A DNA stretch of 64,000 bases from a virus. The position numbers and the translations under genes were made by a program. Where the stretch lies: IMG/VR virus record IMGVR_UViG_3300013132_006127, one strand, 5' to 3'. The notes beneath the pieces were generated by a model. It searched no databases. It was not told the DNA's origin and was given only the letters and a program-made list of their open reading frames with translations. Positions 21,101 to 30,875 of the stretch are shown one piece after another; the first letter of the stretch is position 1; every line of letters starts with the position of its first letter.

Positions 21101-24100
21101 TTACGAAGTTCTACCAGAAAACACCCTACCATTTACTGCAAAAAACTCCAAATACTTGACAGAAAATACTGTTCAAAGAACTCTGGCTTTTCAAGAAGCA
21201 GGAGCAGGATCTTTAAGGGATAAGTCTTCGGTTAAATGTTTCTTATCTCCACAATATTTTTACAATGAAGTGGTATTCCGTAAAGGATTTTTTCATCCAA
21301 ATCAAGGCTGGATAGATAATAAATTTTTGATTGGCAGTAATGCTTCATTAAAAAATAAAACCCCTGTTATAGGTAGTGGAATTTCTAATTGTCTAACATA
21401 TGGTTCATATGGAAAAAGGTTCTACCCCGAGTTGGTTACAGGTGCTACAGCAGACGCTATGAAAGAGTGTAAACCTAAACCATTAAAAGGTAAAGACTAT
21501 CTAGTAATACTAGATCCTATGAAAGAATACGACGCTGATCAGTTAAAAAGATTCAGAGTATTTCCTAATATTATAACAACTAATATTAATAATGATGTAT
21601 CTTTTATATCATTAATATCAGCTAAATTATCGTTTTTAAATCATCCTTTTCCTAAAGATTTAAGAATAGCGTTATTTGATCCTAGAGAATATAGATTTAT
21701 AGCAGGAAATATAGTCGATAAAACTATAGCTTATGATCTTCATACCAGACAATGCCAAGAGCCGCCTCCACCAGAAGCTGAAATTAAAAAACTATTGGAA
21801 TTGCGAATTAAAGAGAATAACAGCTGGATGGGTCCATTATCTATGCAGGCAAGAACATCACCAAGAAATTTATTATTTAATAATAGCTTATTAAACTATC
21901 AAAAAAACTTTCATTTAACATTTAATAATTATGGAAGAGATTTAAAGTATGCCGTAAGTAATGATATTGTATTACCAGAAGACAGTTTGGATTATTATAT
22001 AGGTTCTAGCGGTATTATAAGAGGATTTGGAGAATTTAGCACAGACAGCGAGGCTGTATCTCCTGATTCAGACAATACTTGGGGTTTGCAAATATCTGAT
22101 ATGGGCGGACTAGATACCGGTTCAACCTGTTTTCAACTTCAGGTTTGTACGGGTTGTCCTGTTCCTAATTATGATACTATGGGTGGCACCACAGGTACCG
22201 CTATTACTCCTTATAATTTATTAGCTTATAATGCTAGAGCTTTTGATTTTCCTCAAAATCCGGAAGCATATCCAAGTGGTTATTGTTTTATAGCGGACTT
22301 TACTAATAAAAAACACCTAATCCCTCCTATTAATATAGATGCTCCATATAATTCTCAGGTAACTGAATTTGGAGATTTTCCTTGTCAAGAGCAACCAGAT
22401 CCACCCGGTCCTAGAGAGTTTATCAAACCCATAATACCTCCAGAACCAGTATTTATACCTCCTATACATTTTCCATTAGTAGGTTTACTTACTCATATTA
22501 GTATTATGAATCAGATGATGGCCATGGGTTATGATATGCCGTACGGGGCTTTTGGAGGCGTATGGACACCAAATCCATTTACTGATAACGTGTCTATCAA
22601 AGCTAAAAATAGAGCATATTTAGCTAATAAGGGCTATCTTCAAGTAGAAGGCACCACAGCCTCATTTCTAAGAGGTTATGGTTATATGAAGGGCTTGTCT
22701 TTGTCTAAAGATTATAAATATGGAATACCCAATAAAGTAGAAGTAGATGTAAAATATAGAAATTGTTTATGGTATACTATTGAAGCTGATATTTTTAAGT
22801 ATACAGAACAGTGCTCACCAGTATTAGAAAATACTAAGTTTAAATATTTAGTGTACAAAGGCTACGAAAATTATCCCAGTTTTGATTTTCAATTCAGACT
22901 ATCTAAAGATAGGTTTGGAGTAGAATATGCTGCTATAGATGGGGCAAGAGCTTTTTATTCATTTACAAGAAATGAGCCTGTTAGATTAGTATATACTGTT
23001 CTAAGAGCCCAGAATCAGAATGGAACGACTGTATATTCTCCAATTAAATTAAGCGGAGTGTTTAATATAGGAAATATTATTGTTCCTCCTCTAAAAAATC
23101 CTCAATATGTTCCTAGTGTTATAGATAATAGTTTTTTTAATGAGATAAACGATAGAGCTAGTAATGCCCCATTGGTTTTAACAGACGGGGATTTGGATAG
23201 ACAGTTATTACCTGGCACTACCACTCATTTATATTTAGGAACAAATCTATTGTCAGGACAAGATAAATTTGTAAGTGGTCATATTGAAAAAATAAATAAT
23301 AATACGGTGATGTTATACAACTCAACATATACAGAAAATGATCCACTTGTGGCTTTCGGAAAATGGCGAAATACCGATAGTTTAAACATGGGTAATTTGA
23401 TATCTACATACATAAAAGACCAATTGTTCTCGGAGGGTTCATATGGCTGGGGATCTGACAAAAATAATCCTCAAATACACCCAATAGTAAAAACGCCAGA
23501 CCTACTAGGACTACATAATTTTGATTATCATTTTGGTAAAGCTGATTATTGTGGTAGAATTAAAATAATTAACAATAATAATATTAATAAAATTGTTAGA
23601 TTCAAATATGATCCTAGAATTAAATATTCTAACATGCCACCAAATCCATATGCTCAGTCTGTTAATAATGAATATATTAGATATACTGGCTATCCAACAG
23701 ATATTAGGGATATTAAAAATAGAATTTATGCTCATAATATCTTTAGTATTACAGACGCAAATAGAAAGTTATTTGATTTTGAGCTCGGTTCTTCTAAATA
23801 TGAAAAGTATTATTTAGATAAAAATATAGCAAAATATTATTTGCCATATTATGATTTAACTTTAGATCCAGCATTATTGTCTGGGGTCTGGAATAATGAT
23901 AATCCGTCTGGAGATATTGTTGTAGTACCAAGCGGTCAGGTTTTACCAAAAGTAGGAACAGCAGGAAGATATTATAAACAAGAAATTATACCTAATGAAA
24001 CATATATAATATATAGATGGAATAATAAAGAAAGAATTTATGAAGATGTTAACAATCTAAGAACTGCCGATAAGGACTTTTTATTAGAGTCTACTACATT

Positions 24101-25010
24101 ATCTAGTGGAGTGATACAATTTGAGAATATTTTTTCAAAAGTAAAACTTGGACCAAGCAATATTTTCTCTAGAGCGACAGGATCAAATGCTCCGACATCA
24201 ACAGAAGAAGCATCAGAAGGAGGCGCTGTAGCCAGAAATAATATTCTGAATTATAACGATAATTATTATTGGATTTCTATACCTATGGATGCTAGTGGAG
24301 CACTAGCTTCTAGTTCTAAGATACCATATTCTATTAAGCAGGGGTGTGATTATCTTGGCGCTAATTGGGCTTCTTTAGCTTGTCAAAACGTATGTAATAC
24401 TCAGATGGTCGGGCCGTTAACCCCAGAAGATGCTGCTGCTGGAACAACATCCTCGTCACAAAATTTATCTGTTTTCTATTTGGAGTCTGGTAATCAAAAA
24501 TGTCCACAAGTAAATTATGAATTAAGAGAGACTACTCAAAATTTTTATATGGGCTGTGGGGAGTTTAAGAATGATTCTATTGTCAGACTTGATTTGGCTT
24601 TTAGATATTATGTTCCCGAAGCCGCACACGGTTTTATATCAGCAAGGGAGCTTTTAGGAAATAGCGAAGAGATTAGAGTAAGATTTAAATATATACCTAG
24701 AAAAATACAAACAGATTTTACAATAACGCTTGGTCAAAATGCTGTCAATCAAAGTCAATTATATTTCTGGGAATGCCATGAAACAAATCCTAAAAATCTT
24801 TATAATGAAAGAACTAGAATTAATAAGACTCCTCCATTTTATCAAGTGCTTAATGAGATGATATTTAGAGCTTGGTTTGGAGAGAGACAGAAGATATCAA
24901 CTCAAGATACCTTTGGAGTTGACACATTTGTAACACAAAATCATTATAAGTGGGTGCCGTATGAGTATGATAATTCTGGATTCTTTGATAGAGAAAGATC
25001 TGCCCTATGA
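18144..25010 (+). CDS. Giant (2288 aa) putative virion protein with a possible proprotein-convertase P-domain-like segment
   Basis: Very long ORF overlapping both neighbours. LSFLNHPFPKDLRIALFDP and WGLQISDMGGLDTG resemble the P-domain motifs H..DL.I.L.SP and W.L.V.D....D.G. Confidence 0.55.
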   Translation: MDRFDTVSAFTNNAAGVIDSANNNIIRSFPPYDTDIYNSLEILTAQVPPTRINVPPPVATVEPISFLNKKTNTNVTESTVLSTESSNFWFKGLKADLDWDRIREDDITLNYDLNNYITPFNPTISGVWRPCIMYVDPITGAKNTNIEFSDTGSDEDCEAGLGLENFITISTPFFKSWTIDPGLQAKIDWKIPKTLGTCSVMGVLFWYRHYDIGRETTIKQTFNMPMGGFNETRNTAILPKQLVRIDGKLIELREQHEDHTYISQANNTNIIPLYGLHSGLKEGDYVLVIRNNASGKVSEDVYKVTEGLWVCMGPKRFLPGVDIYLSDGFCTIEYDSYYLIQSIKREPNTEEPESIFEYYPKTHLITNDLSKYRGCLTSLLNLSNNTTLEKLIEADGLGTTEENLPIHIYMNKEKRNKYVGLKNLARILSTGPLVDMAAIYAYNKFLDTIDLNVYKTGNFITLKNQIEDVYGRLTLKTLPPIISPINSRIYDLPAGVFADDDITISINNVNIAKTQWKKITNVRIEIDNGVIFQPDNNTISIVKNIYVNDDITSAIFDKVSRSLYNNIEHNDVQSIQDNLRIIKTKKDLALALTVFDNVSKNFYLQFNSGQSLKMMSSKTISVPQVYLKMDFEHKRRLGIQTEEFWYKQRINVGGTEVYTKLKVPDDTEFDPGENESLVLSITDDTFTTAAAPGGGLAQEKIMIYDFLGFDANKSELYNSTLTSMYDAFGVNQQFYKVIELQKTLNNSLRDPSETYNLGLINGEPYRLTKRLNNWTWDFDKALRSKQELIEDLNKDNPVFKNSLNLLDDRFLEANTNNKTIYPDIKEVYFHRLGGVVFPNLFLFTIGKSLYWNYRTGPVPIQNAQYFVEKLPGPNITRPNKVLIEFECNEFLHVRLYDIEIENLRIDTYESSGFRPFPNKVPIRSDETRVYDQVIGYEFNEEIHLLTTQFSPPIVAYGAHRKEDVESLGVTILNHPKPIQKNPITQLYEVLPENTLPFTAKNSKYLTENTVQRTLAFQEAGAGSLRDKSSVKCFLSPQYFYNEVVFRKGFFHPNQGWIDNKFLIGSNASLKNKTPVIGSGISNCLTYGSYGKRFYPELVTGATADAMKECKPKPLKGKDYLVILDPMKEYDADQLKRFRVFPNIITTNINNDVSFISLISAKLSFLNHPFPKDLRIALFDPREYRFIAGNIVDKTIAYDLHTRQCQEPPPPEAEIKKLLELRIKENNSWMGPLSMQARTSPRNLLFNNSLLNYQKNFHLTFNNYGRDLKYAVSNDIVLPEDSLDYYIGSSGIIRGFGEFSTDSEAVSPDSDNTWGLQISDMGGLDTGSTCFQLQVCTGCPVPNYDTMGGTTGTAITPYNLLAYNARAFDFPQNPEAYPSGYCFIADFTNKKHLIPPINIDAPYNSQVTEFGDFPCQEQPDPPGPREFIKPIIPPEPVFIPPIHFPLVGLLTHISIMNQMMAMGYDMPYGAFGGVWTPNPFTDNVSIKAKNRAYLANKGYLQVEGTTASFLRGYGYMKGLSLSKDYKYGIPNKVEVDVKYRNCLWYTIEADIFKYTEQCSPVLENTKFKYLVYKGYENYPSFDFQFRLSKDRFGVEYAAIDGARAFYSFTRNEPVRLVYTVLRAQNQNGTTVYSPIKLSGVFNIGNIIVPPLKNPQYVPSVIDNSFFNEINDRASNAPLVLTDGDLDRQLLPGTTTHLYLGTNLLSGQDKFVSGHIEKINNNTVMLYNSTYTENDPLVAFGKWRNTDSLNMGNLISTYIKDQLFSEGSYGWGSDKNNPQIHPIVKTPDLLGLHNFDYHFGKADYCGRIKIINNNNINKIVRFKYDPRIKYSNMPPNPYAQSVNNEYIRYTGYPTDIRDIKNRIYAHNIFSITDANRKLFDFELGSSKYEKYYLDKNIAKYYLPYYDLTLDPALLSGVWNNDNPSGDIVVVPSGQVLPKVGTAGRYYKQEIIPNETYIIYRWNNKERIYEDVNNLRTADKDFLLESTTLSSGVIQFENIFSKVKLGPSNIFSRATGSNAPTSTEEASEGGAVARNNILNYNDNYYWISIPMDASGALASSSKIPYSIKQGCDYLGANWASLACQNVCNTQMVGPLTPEDAAAGTTSSSQNLSVFYLESGNQKCPQVNYELRETTQNFYMGCGEFKNDSIVRLDLAFRYYVPEAAHGFISARELLGNSEEIRVRFKYIPRKIQTDFTITLGQNAVNQSQLYFWECHETNPKNLYNERTRINKTPPFYQVLNEMIFRAWFGERQKISTQDTFGVDTFVTQNHYKWVPYEYDNSGFFDRERSAL

Positions 25011-25474
25011 ATATTTATGATTTTACGTGTGACTTTGTTAGAGTCGATCACAATGAATATAGATGCAATACGTGCGGAATACTTATATCTTATAGTGGAT
25101 TAGAGAAACCCATAATGATATGTCCTAAAAAAATGAGTTTAAATAATCCAGAAAATTATGGTATTAGAGTCTCTGAAGTCGAGGTACAAGATAAAAAAGT
25201 AGAAACACCACTACAACCTCCTTCTCTAATGGAAAAAGTTCTTAACTTTACTAAATCTGCCACTAAACACGCTTTGGCTGGTAGTCCCAAATGTACAGAT
25301 GAACAAATACATTATAGATACAATATATGTACTCAGTGTGAGTTTTTCAAAAATAATACATGCACTAAATGTGGATGTAATCTAGTTAGAGAAAAAATCT
25401 ATATGAATAAACTAGCTTGGGCAGATCAATCTTGTCCTGTTGGGAAATGGGGGCCGGTAGACCCAACTAGCTAA
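25007..25474 (+). CDS. Cys-rich zinc-binding protein (DUF6171-like C-terminus)
   Basis: RYNICTQCEFF...CTKCGC...K.AW...SCPVGKW, plus an N-terminal CNTCG; ATGA overlap with the upstream gene. Confidence 0.65.
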   Translation: MNIYDFTCDFVRVDHNEYRCNTCGILISYSGLEKPIMICPKKMSLNNPENYGIRVSEVEVQDKKVETPLQPPSLMEKVLNFTKSATKHALAGSPKCTDEQIHYRYNICTQCEFFKNNTCTKCGCNLVREKIYMNKLAWADQSCPVGKWGPVDPTS

Positions 25475-26178
25475 TTGAGAAACTTAGGATTCTGCCTAAT
25501 AATAGCGGGTTGTAGCCAATACGAATTAATTTGTGGATTATTTTTTAACCAAAAATTATATTCCCAATCTATCGGATAAGATATTTTATATATTTCTGCT
25601 TCTTTTAAAAATTTTTCTGCTACGGAATTCTTTAATAGAACACAGTCAGCATATCGAGATTCTGACACTTTGAAAAATCTAGTATCACACTTATAATTTA
25701 ATGAACTACTAGGATCCTCTCCCGTAATGTTTCTATATGTGCAGTTTAGATCTCTCTTTCCGGATGAAACCCATAATATGTCCGAGTCTTGAGGTTTATC
25801 GTTAAATATCAGTTCTAAATTATTAGCAAAATTATTTTTATCATCTATAAGTATATCATCTTCACAAATCATAGACCAGTTGTTTGGATCTTTTTTTGAT
25901 ACTATCTTAAAAGATTCTAAATGATTTAAGACAACAGCAAAAGCCCTAGTAGAAAAGTATTCTTTATATGATAGCTTATATACTGGGTTTCTATTAAATG
26001 GAGGTAAACCATAATAACTATAGAAAAGATTATTATCTATATTGGATTCATTATATTTGTAAGTATAGCAAATACTCCCACAAATACCTTGTATAATAGA
26101 TATTTGTTCCAAAAGGTCCTGAAATCTCACAGAACCCTTATCTGCTATGAAACAAACATGATCCAACAAAAAAGACAT
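25471..26178 (-). CDS. Glycosyltransferase family 25-like protein
   Basis: LNHLESF...MICEDDIL and PIDW motifs. The likely start is the ATG at 26178, directly after the upstream stop, not 26310. Confidence 0.7.
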   Translation of the reverse strand: MSFLLDHVCFIADKGSVRFQDLLEQISIIQGICGSICYTYKYNESNIDNNLFYSYYGLPPFNRNPVYKLSYKEYFSTRAFAVVLNHLESFKIVSKKDPNNWSMICEDDILIDDKNNFANNLELIFNDKPQDSDILWVSSGKRDLNCTYRNITGEDPSSSLNYKCDTRFFKVSESRYADCVLLKNSVAEKFLKEAEIYKISYPIDWEYNFWLKNNPQINSYWLQPAIIRQNPKFLN

Positions 26179-26179
26179 T

Positions 26180-26509
26180 TTACTTAGCGTCTTTTTCTTT
26201 ACTCCATTTGTGCCATCCTCTATTCGGTAGATAATTACCTTCATCATCTTTGCGCTTAGGAAATAATGTGCCGCCTTTTTTGTGTTGACCGAAAGCCAAT
26301 ACAGCACCACAATCTGCGCATCTTAGTTCGAAGTAATCATTACCATCAACATTTCTCACAACGAATCTCAGATTATGGCTTTTACATAATCCACAAGATT
26401 CTTCACCGAAGATTTCTTGTATCGCTGCTAATTCCTTAAATACTTCTTTTTGTCCAGCTCCTTCAAGCTCGAACTCTAATCTATCACCAACTTTATACCT
26501 TAATTTCAT
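26180..26509 (-). CDS. Small zinc-ribbon protein
   Basis: CGLC...CADCGA; basic, aromatic C-terminus. Confidence 0.75.
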   Translation of the reverse strand: MKLRYKVGDRLEFELEGAGQKEVFKELAAIQEIFGEESCGLCKSHNLRFVVRNVDGNDYFELRCADCGAVLAFGQHKKGGTLFPKRKDDEGNYLPNRGWHKWSKEKDAK

Positions 26510-26511
26510 AG

Positions 26512-27261
26512 TTATCTCCAGTTTGCGTCATAGCCCATAATATCAGTAGGTATATCATTCAAATTTTGTTGTAATTTTGATAGTTCTCTCAATACCACAA
26601 CAGCGTTTTCATGAGATATTTCATAAATATTCGAATGTTCTATGCCAAGATTTGACAATAGACCCTTCACATTTATATTAACTCTTTTTGAGATAACGTC
26701 AATGAAATTAATTTGATTAGGACTAATTTTACTAACATTTAACCCATCCGGATGATCCTCTATTTCTTTTGCTACCTCTTCCGCTGCTACAACCTTTCTT
26801 AATCTTAACCCTCTGCGTAAAGCCCTACCCTCCGCTCGGGTTTCTGCAACAGCGACCGGATGGTTACGGTATATCTTGTCACAGTTACCCCAATAAACGT
26901 CCGCAGCGCCCTCTACAACCAATGTATTTAAATTATTGGGGTCCGAGGACTCAGGATTTAAACGATAGGTTATGGAGTGTACCACGGTAGCTCTTTTTTC
27001 GTTTTCTGGTGAAGGAGATTGGGCCACTTGGGTAGTAGAAGCCAAAACTCTACAATTAAGAGCAATTTCAAATACTCTTCTTAATCCGTCTGTTGTGGGA
27101 TTCCCACTAATCTTTTCGTCATCGGTCAAAAGACTAAGAACATGGTCCGTCCATTCAATATCATGAATAGTAACGGGTCTTTTTACTACCACATCCCCGC
27201 TCTCCGTCGATGCCGCCTGTACAACCTCTTCTTTACTAACACTGTCCTTTTTCTTACTCAT
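26512..27261 (-). CDS. Putative Rad52-like single-strand annealing protein
   Basis: DGLRRV...GAAD...AVAETRAEGRALRR helix resembles Rad52/Sak-type annealases; small C-terminal helical domain (SPNQINFI). Confidence 0.45.
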   Translation of the reverse strand: MSKKKDSVSKEEVVQAASTESGDVVVKRPVTIHDIEWTDHVLSLLTDDEKISGNPTTDGLRRVFEIALNCRVLASTTQVAQSPSPENEKRATVVHSITYRLNPESSDPNNLNTLVVEGAADVYWGNCDKIYRNHPVAVAETRAEGRALRRGLRLRKVVAAEEVAKEIEDHPDGLNVSKISPNQINFIDVISKRVNINVKGLLSNLGIEHSNIYEISHENAVVVLRELSKLQQNLNDIPTDIMGYDANWR

Positions 27262-28058
27262 TATTCATCCTCTATATTAATTGATCTTTTACTAGGGTCC
27301 GGAAAATTTTTCTTTATGTTCTTAAGGGTTTCTTCTAATTTAGTATAGATTAATTCAGCTCTAGTTGGAGAAAAATCCTTGAGCTGTTTTATTCTAATCA
27401 AGGCCAAACCTTTACCTAATATTAGTCCTGTTTTTTTATTATCATACTTGATATTCTTTTTTAGAGATTCATCACCCCATACAGGAACAAAATGAGAAGG
27501 TCCATCAACCTCTATTGCTGTATTTATGGTAGGTAGAAACAGGTCTATTTGCAACTTGGTATTTAGTAGCATTTGCTCCTTATGAAAATCCACCTTCCAA
27601 CCATTCTCCAAGAGTTTATTCAGTAGATACTTCTCTAGCTTTGATCCTGTTTTACTAGATTGTCTTACTGCTTCTTGGGCGCTGTGTTTCATATTTTCTT
27701 TTTCATCTTCCGACAGTTTGTTCCAATTGTCTTTTGCTTTTTGTTTTATTTGGGCTAACTCGTTTTCTGATAAATTTTGCCAATGGTTCATTATGGACAT
27801 GCCTATTTTTGTTTTAACTGAGGCATCTCTGGTTTTACCTTTGGTTGGATGTTTATGCTTTCCTTTTTGTAAAGCGTTCTTTTGAGCAGAGCTTTTATCT
27901 CTTATTGGTATTTTAAATTTTTGTGCGTCTCTTCTAATTTTATTAGCATAAGTACCACAGTTTTGAGCAATGTCTGCAAAGCTTAATTGTTTGGTCACAT
28001 AAAGATCTTGAATTATCTTTTTTTTATCGGTATCTGTTAATTTGTTATAGTTTTGCAT
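27261..28058 (-). CDS. HTH + NUMOD3-like + Vsr-like PD-(D/E)XK endonuclease (homing-endonuclease architecture)
   Basis: N-terminal LSFADIAQNCG HTH; KGKTRDASVKTKI basic motif; C-terminal SKLE...IDLFLP...AIEVDGPSH...D.KK...G..LIRI. Confidence 0.7.
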   Translation of the reverse strand: MQNYNKLTDTDKKKIIQDLYVTKQLSFADIAQNCGTYANKIRRDAQKFKIPIRDKSSAQKNALQKGKHKHPTKGKTRDASVKTKIGMSIMNHWQNLSENELAQIKQKAKDNWNKLSEDEKENMKHSAQEAVRQSSKTGSKLEKYLLNKLLENGWKVDFHKEQMLLNTKLQIDLFLPTINTAIEVDGPSHFVPVWGDESLKKNIKYDNKKTGLILGKGLALIRIKQLKDFSPTRAELIYTKLEETLKNIKKNFPDPSKRSINIEDE

Positions 28059-28509
28059 ATTCCATTACTTTCTGATAATTTGATGGCTCGACAACCTCCG
28101 GTTTCTTCCAACACAAAGAATATAATTCTTGATCCTCTTGGTTAGGAATCATTAAAACATCGCAAGATTCTTCGTATAAAGCCTTCAGGTCTGTATAGTT
28201 AATACTTTTGTTCATTACTAACCACTCGGGCCTTAAGGCGTAGAAAATTTTCTTACAAATACAATGTTTTAGAAAAAGCATATTTTTTAGATTAAAAGCA
28301 ATAATTGGGGATGTAAAAAACTTTGCTTCATTAATGTGTAATGTCGAGAATTTGTTTAATGATTCATCTTGTCTGTTGTATACGGAATTAAATAGTATCA
28401 TATCAGTATATGGATATTTTGTTGCTAAACTATTTATATAGTTAACAATAAAATTAGATTCTGTACTATTATCAATTTCTATAGATAGAAAACCAATCGA
28501 TTGTTTCAT
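28045..28509 (-). CDS. Hypothetical protein (possible glycosyltransferase-derived fragment)
   Basis: Coupled ORF in the glycosyltransferase cassette; Rossmann-like pattern only. Confidence 0.55.
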   Translation of the reverse strand: MKQSIGFLSIEIDNSTESNFIVNYINSLATKYPYTDMILFNSVYNRQDESLNKFSTLHINEAKFFTSPIIAFNLKNMLFLKHCICKKIFYALRPEWLVMNKSINYTDLKALYEESCDVLMIPNQEDQELYSLCWKKPEVVEPSNYQKVMEYAKL

Positions 28510-29291
28510 AATATATGCTTTTGTATAAAATTTTTATAAGAGTTTTTGACTATATCATTAATTTGTAATTTAGATTTATCCACAGACGATATGACATCCT
28601 CTGTTATTTCTTTTGTTTTTTTCAAAAAGCTATTATTTTCTAAAGCTATTGTTTGTTTATCTAGTATAAGAGCATATAAAAGATAATTTAAATTAGTATC
28701 AATATATAGTTTGCAACTATCTATCATCCTTACCATCGTCTCATCATCCACAAAACCTAAGTTTTGAGAGACATTAATAGTAGAACTATTAAAAAGTTTA
28801 ATTTTAAGTTTACTATTAGGATATAAGATCTTTTCTAAAGATTCCTGTAGTTTCTCTATATCAGATATATCTGCTAAAATATCTTCTGTCTCTATTCTAT
28901 TATCTGGTAATTTTACACTATTAATTAGTTGTTCGCTATACATAGCATTAGCCTTGATAGTGTTTTTCTGTTTGATTTGAGATTGTTTGGATGTTGCCAA
29001 ATCTTCTCTAATTATACATCTGATCATAGAAGAGGCATCATTGTATAGTTGTAAGTTAAATTTATCGAAGTATAAATAAATTTTGGTATATTTGTTAAAT
29101 TTTTGAATAAAGTCTATAATTTCTTTATTGATCATTGAAGACTGAAATAAATAACCCGATATATCTTTTTTATGCATATGATACTGATCGAATAATTTTC
29201 CTGGAACTATAGCCATTGGCTGTTCGATCAAGGACATATCATATATAAAATGCTTAGTAAAAATATTGCTTGTTGACTGTAATAAGAACAT
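28506..29291 (-). CDS. Degenerate GT-B-like protein
   Basis: QNLGFVDDETMVRMIDSCKLYID...YALILDK resembles the GT-B C-terminal lobe but lacks the ExFG/E motif. Confidence 0.45.
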   Translation of the reverse strand: MFLLQSTSNIFTKHFIYDMSLIEQPMAIVPGKLFDQYHMHKKDISGYLFQSSMINKEIIDFIQKFNKYTKIYLYFDKFNLQLYNDASSMIRCIIREDLATSKQSQIKQKNTIKANAMYSEQLINSVKLPDNRIETEDILADISDIEKLQESLEKILYPNSKLKIKLFNSSTINVSQNLGFVDDETMVRMIDSCKLYIDTNLNYLLYALILDKQTIALENNSFLKKTKEITEDVISSVDKSKLQINDIVKNSYKNFIQKHIL

Positions 29292-29292
29292 A

Positions 29293-29970
29293 TTATTTAA
29301 CTAATTTGTGTTTTTGGTTTTTAATATAGTAGACTTTACTATCAATTGGTATGAATTTGGTATTGCATTCTTTTAAGGAATAGTTGATAATTTCGAATAT
29401 ATTTGAATTCTTATGTAATTTTGAAAGGGTCTGTATTTTTGTTTTATATTTTGGACAAATCGATAGCATATTAATCCATTTAGGATTTAGATCATAAAAC
29501 ATATACTCTACATTTGTATCATGTACAGTACATCCTATATCAAATTCTTTGTTAGACTTGTTGGTAAATATAATGTTATTATCTAAACTTAAGTTCTCTG
29601 CAAATGAAAATGGTTTTTGTAACAAAACACCAGAATCCATTATAAGAGTTGGCAGATCATTGTCTATTTGTTGTAATCCTAGCATCATAGCGTATGACTG
29701 ATTCCATTTTTTATATTCTGTATTATCTACTATAATAGTGTTTTTATGCTTTTTAGAAATGTCCAATTTTTTTATTAGTCTTTCTTTATCAAAACCAACA
29801 ACGATAACTATTCTTGATTCTTTGTCAATATTAGAGCTTGTTTGTTCTAATTGATGATTAATAACTATGTCTGTTTTATTATGCAGTTTGATTTTAAGAA
29901 GGGCTTTGGGCCCAAAAGATTTCATGCCTTTGGTTTGTTCATGATGTAATAAAACCAAATTATACTTCAT
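29293..29970 (-). CDS. Degenerate sugar-phosphate nucleotidyltransferase (NTP transferase / LicC-like)
   Basis: GMKSFGPKALLKI, IVIVVGF and N..Y...N..Y are present, but the canonical LAAGxGxR is replaced by LHHEQTKG. Confidence 0.6.
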   Translation of the reverse strand: MKYNLVLLHHEQTKGMKSFGPKALLKIKLHNKTDIVINHQLEQTSSNIDKESRIVIVVGFDKERLIKKLDISKKHKNTIIVDNTEYKKWNQSYAMMLGLQQIDNDLPTLIMDSGVLLQKPFSFAENLSLDNNIIFTNKSNKEFDIGCTVHDTNVEYMFYDLNPKWINMLSICPKYKTKIQTLSKLHKNSNIFEIINYSLKECNTKFIPIDSKVYYIKNQKHKLVK

Positions 29971-30466
29971 ATATTTTTCGGTCTAAAGCTTTGATTTTAC
30001 TCAATATATCACAATCTCTATTTTTTTCATTAGAATTATAAATAGATACTGCTGTACAGAAAATATCATATGGATTATTAGAGCTGATAGCTCCGAATAG
30101 ATCTGATGAATATTTAGAATTTGTAATGATTTCATTAGCTTGATTAATAAAGTTATTATTTAGTAGCTTAGGAGATTTGGAAATAATTAAATGAGATGTG
30201 TGACTTTGATTATAGTTTGTATCTAAAATTGTGTCTACAATTTCGCCGTCGCTTATTTCGGACCTAACAATACTATGCACTTTCCATCTATATGGCGTTT
30301 TTTTAGGTTCTAAATATTTGACTAAATTATTGAGCCCATAAAGATAGTTAGGTTTATAAACTATAGATAAATAATTTACATCTTGTAATGACAATAACTG
30401 TTCTAGTATATTTTCATTAAAGAATTCTAGAAAAACTATACAATAATAAGATATCTTGTTATTCAT
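29960..30466 (-). CDS. Hypothetical protein (possible GT-A remnant)
   Basis: Coupled ORF; the ATG at 30466 is preferred as start. Confidence 0.55.
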   Translation of the reverse strand: MNNKISYYCIVFLEFFNENILEQLLSLQDVNYLSIVYKPNYLYGLNNLVKYLEPKKTPYRWKVHSIVRSEISDGEIVDTILDTNYNQSHTSHLIISKSPKLLNNNFINQANEIITNSKYSSDLFGAISSNNPYDIFCTAVSIYNSNEKNRDCDILSKIKALDRKIYEV

Positions 30467-30875
30467 TACTGACGCTCTTAACAATTTCTAGTTTAATTAA
30501 ATATTCATCATATACTAAATGCTTAATATAAAAACCCACATTAGTTATGATTGATATCATTGATGTTTCGTTCAAAAGGTTCCTTCTACCTTTAAATATT
30601 AATTCATTTAGTTTCTGTTCATTAATTTTATTGAAATTATAGTCATTGATAATAGACTCTAAATGATTAAACTGTATAAAGCATGAGCCCCCATAGGCGG
30701 TTTTATCAAAAAGCAGAGACAATAAGCTAGAGACATCCTCAAAATCAATATAATTAATCTCTTGAAAAATTATACTTTCACATGTACCATTGGTTAATTC
30801 CTGAGCCTCTTGTATAGATAACTGATATTCCTCTTTATTACTAGGTTCTGCTATATAAATATGTATGTTGCTCAT
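30459..30875 (-). CDS. Degenerate class I methyltransferase-like protein
   Basis: CESIIFQEINYI..EDV..LL..L..K...GGSCFI resembles MTase motifs IV-VI; no N-terminal GxG SAM-binding motif. Confidence 0.45.
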   Translation of the reverse strand: MSNIHIYIAEPSNKEEYQLSIQEAQELTNGTCESIIFQEINYIDFEDVSSLLSLLFDKTAYGGSCFIQFNHLESIINDYNFNKINEQKLNELIFKGRRNLLNETSMISIITNVGFYIKHLVYDEYLIKLEIVKSVSNE

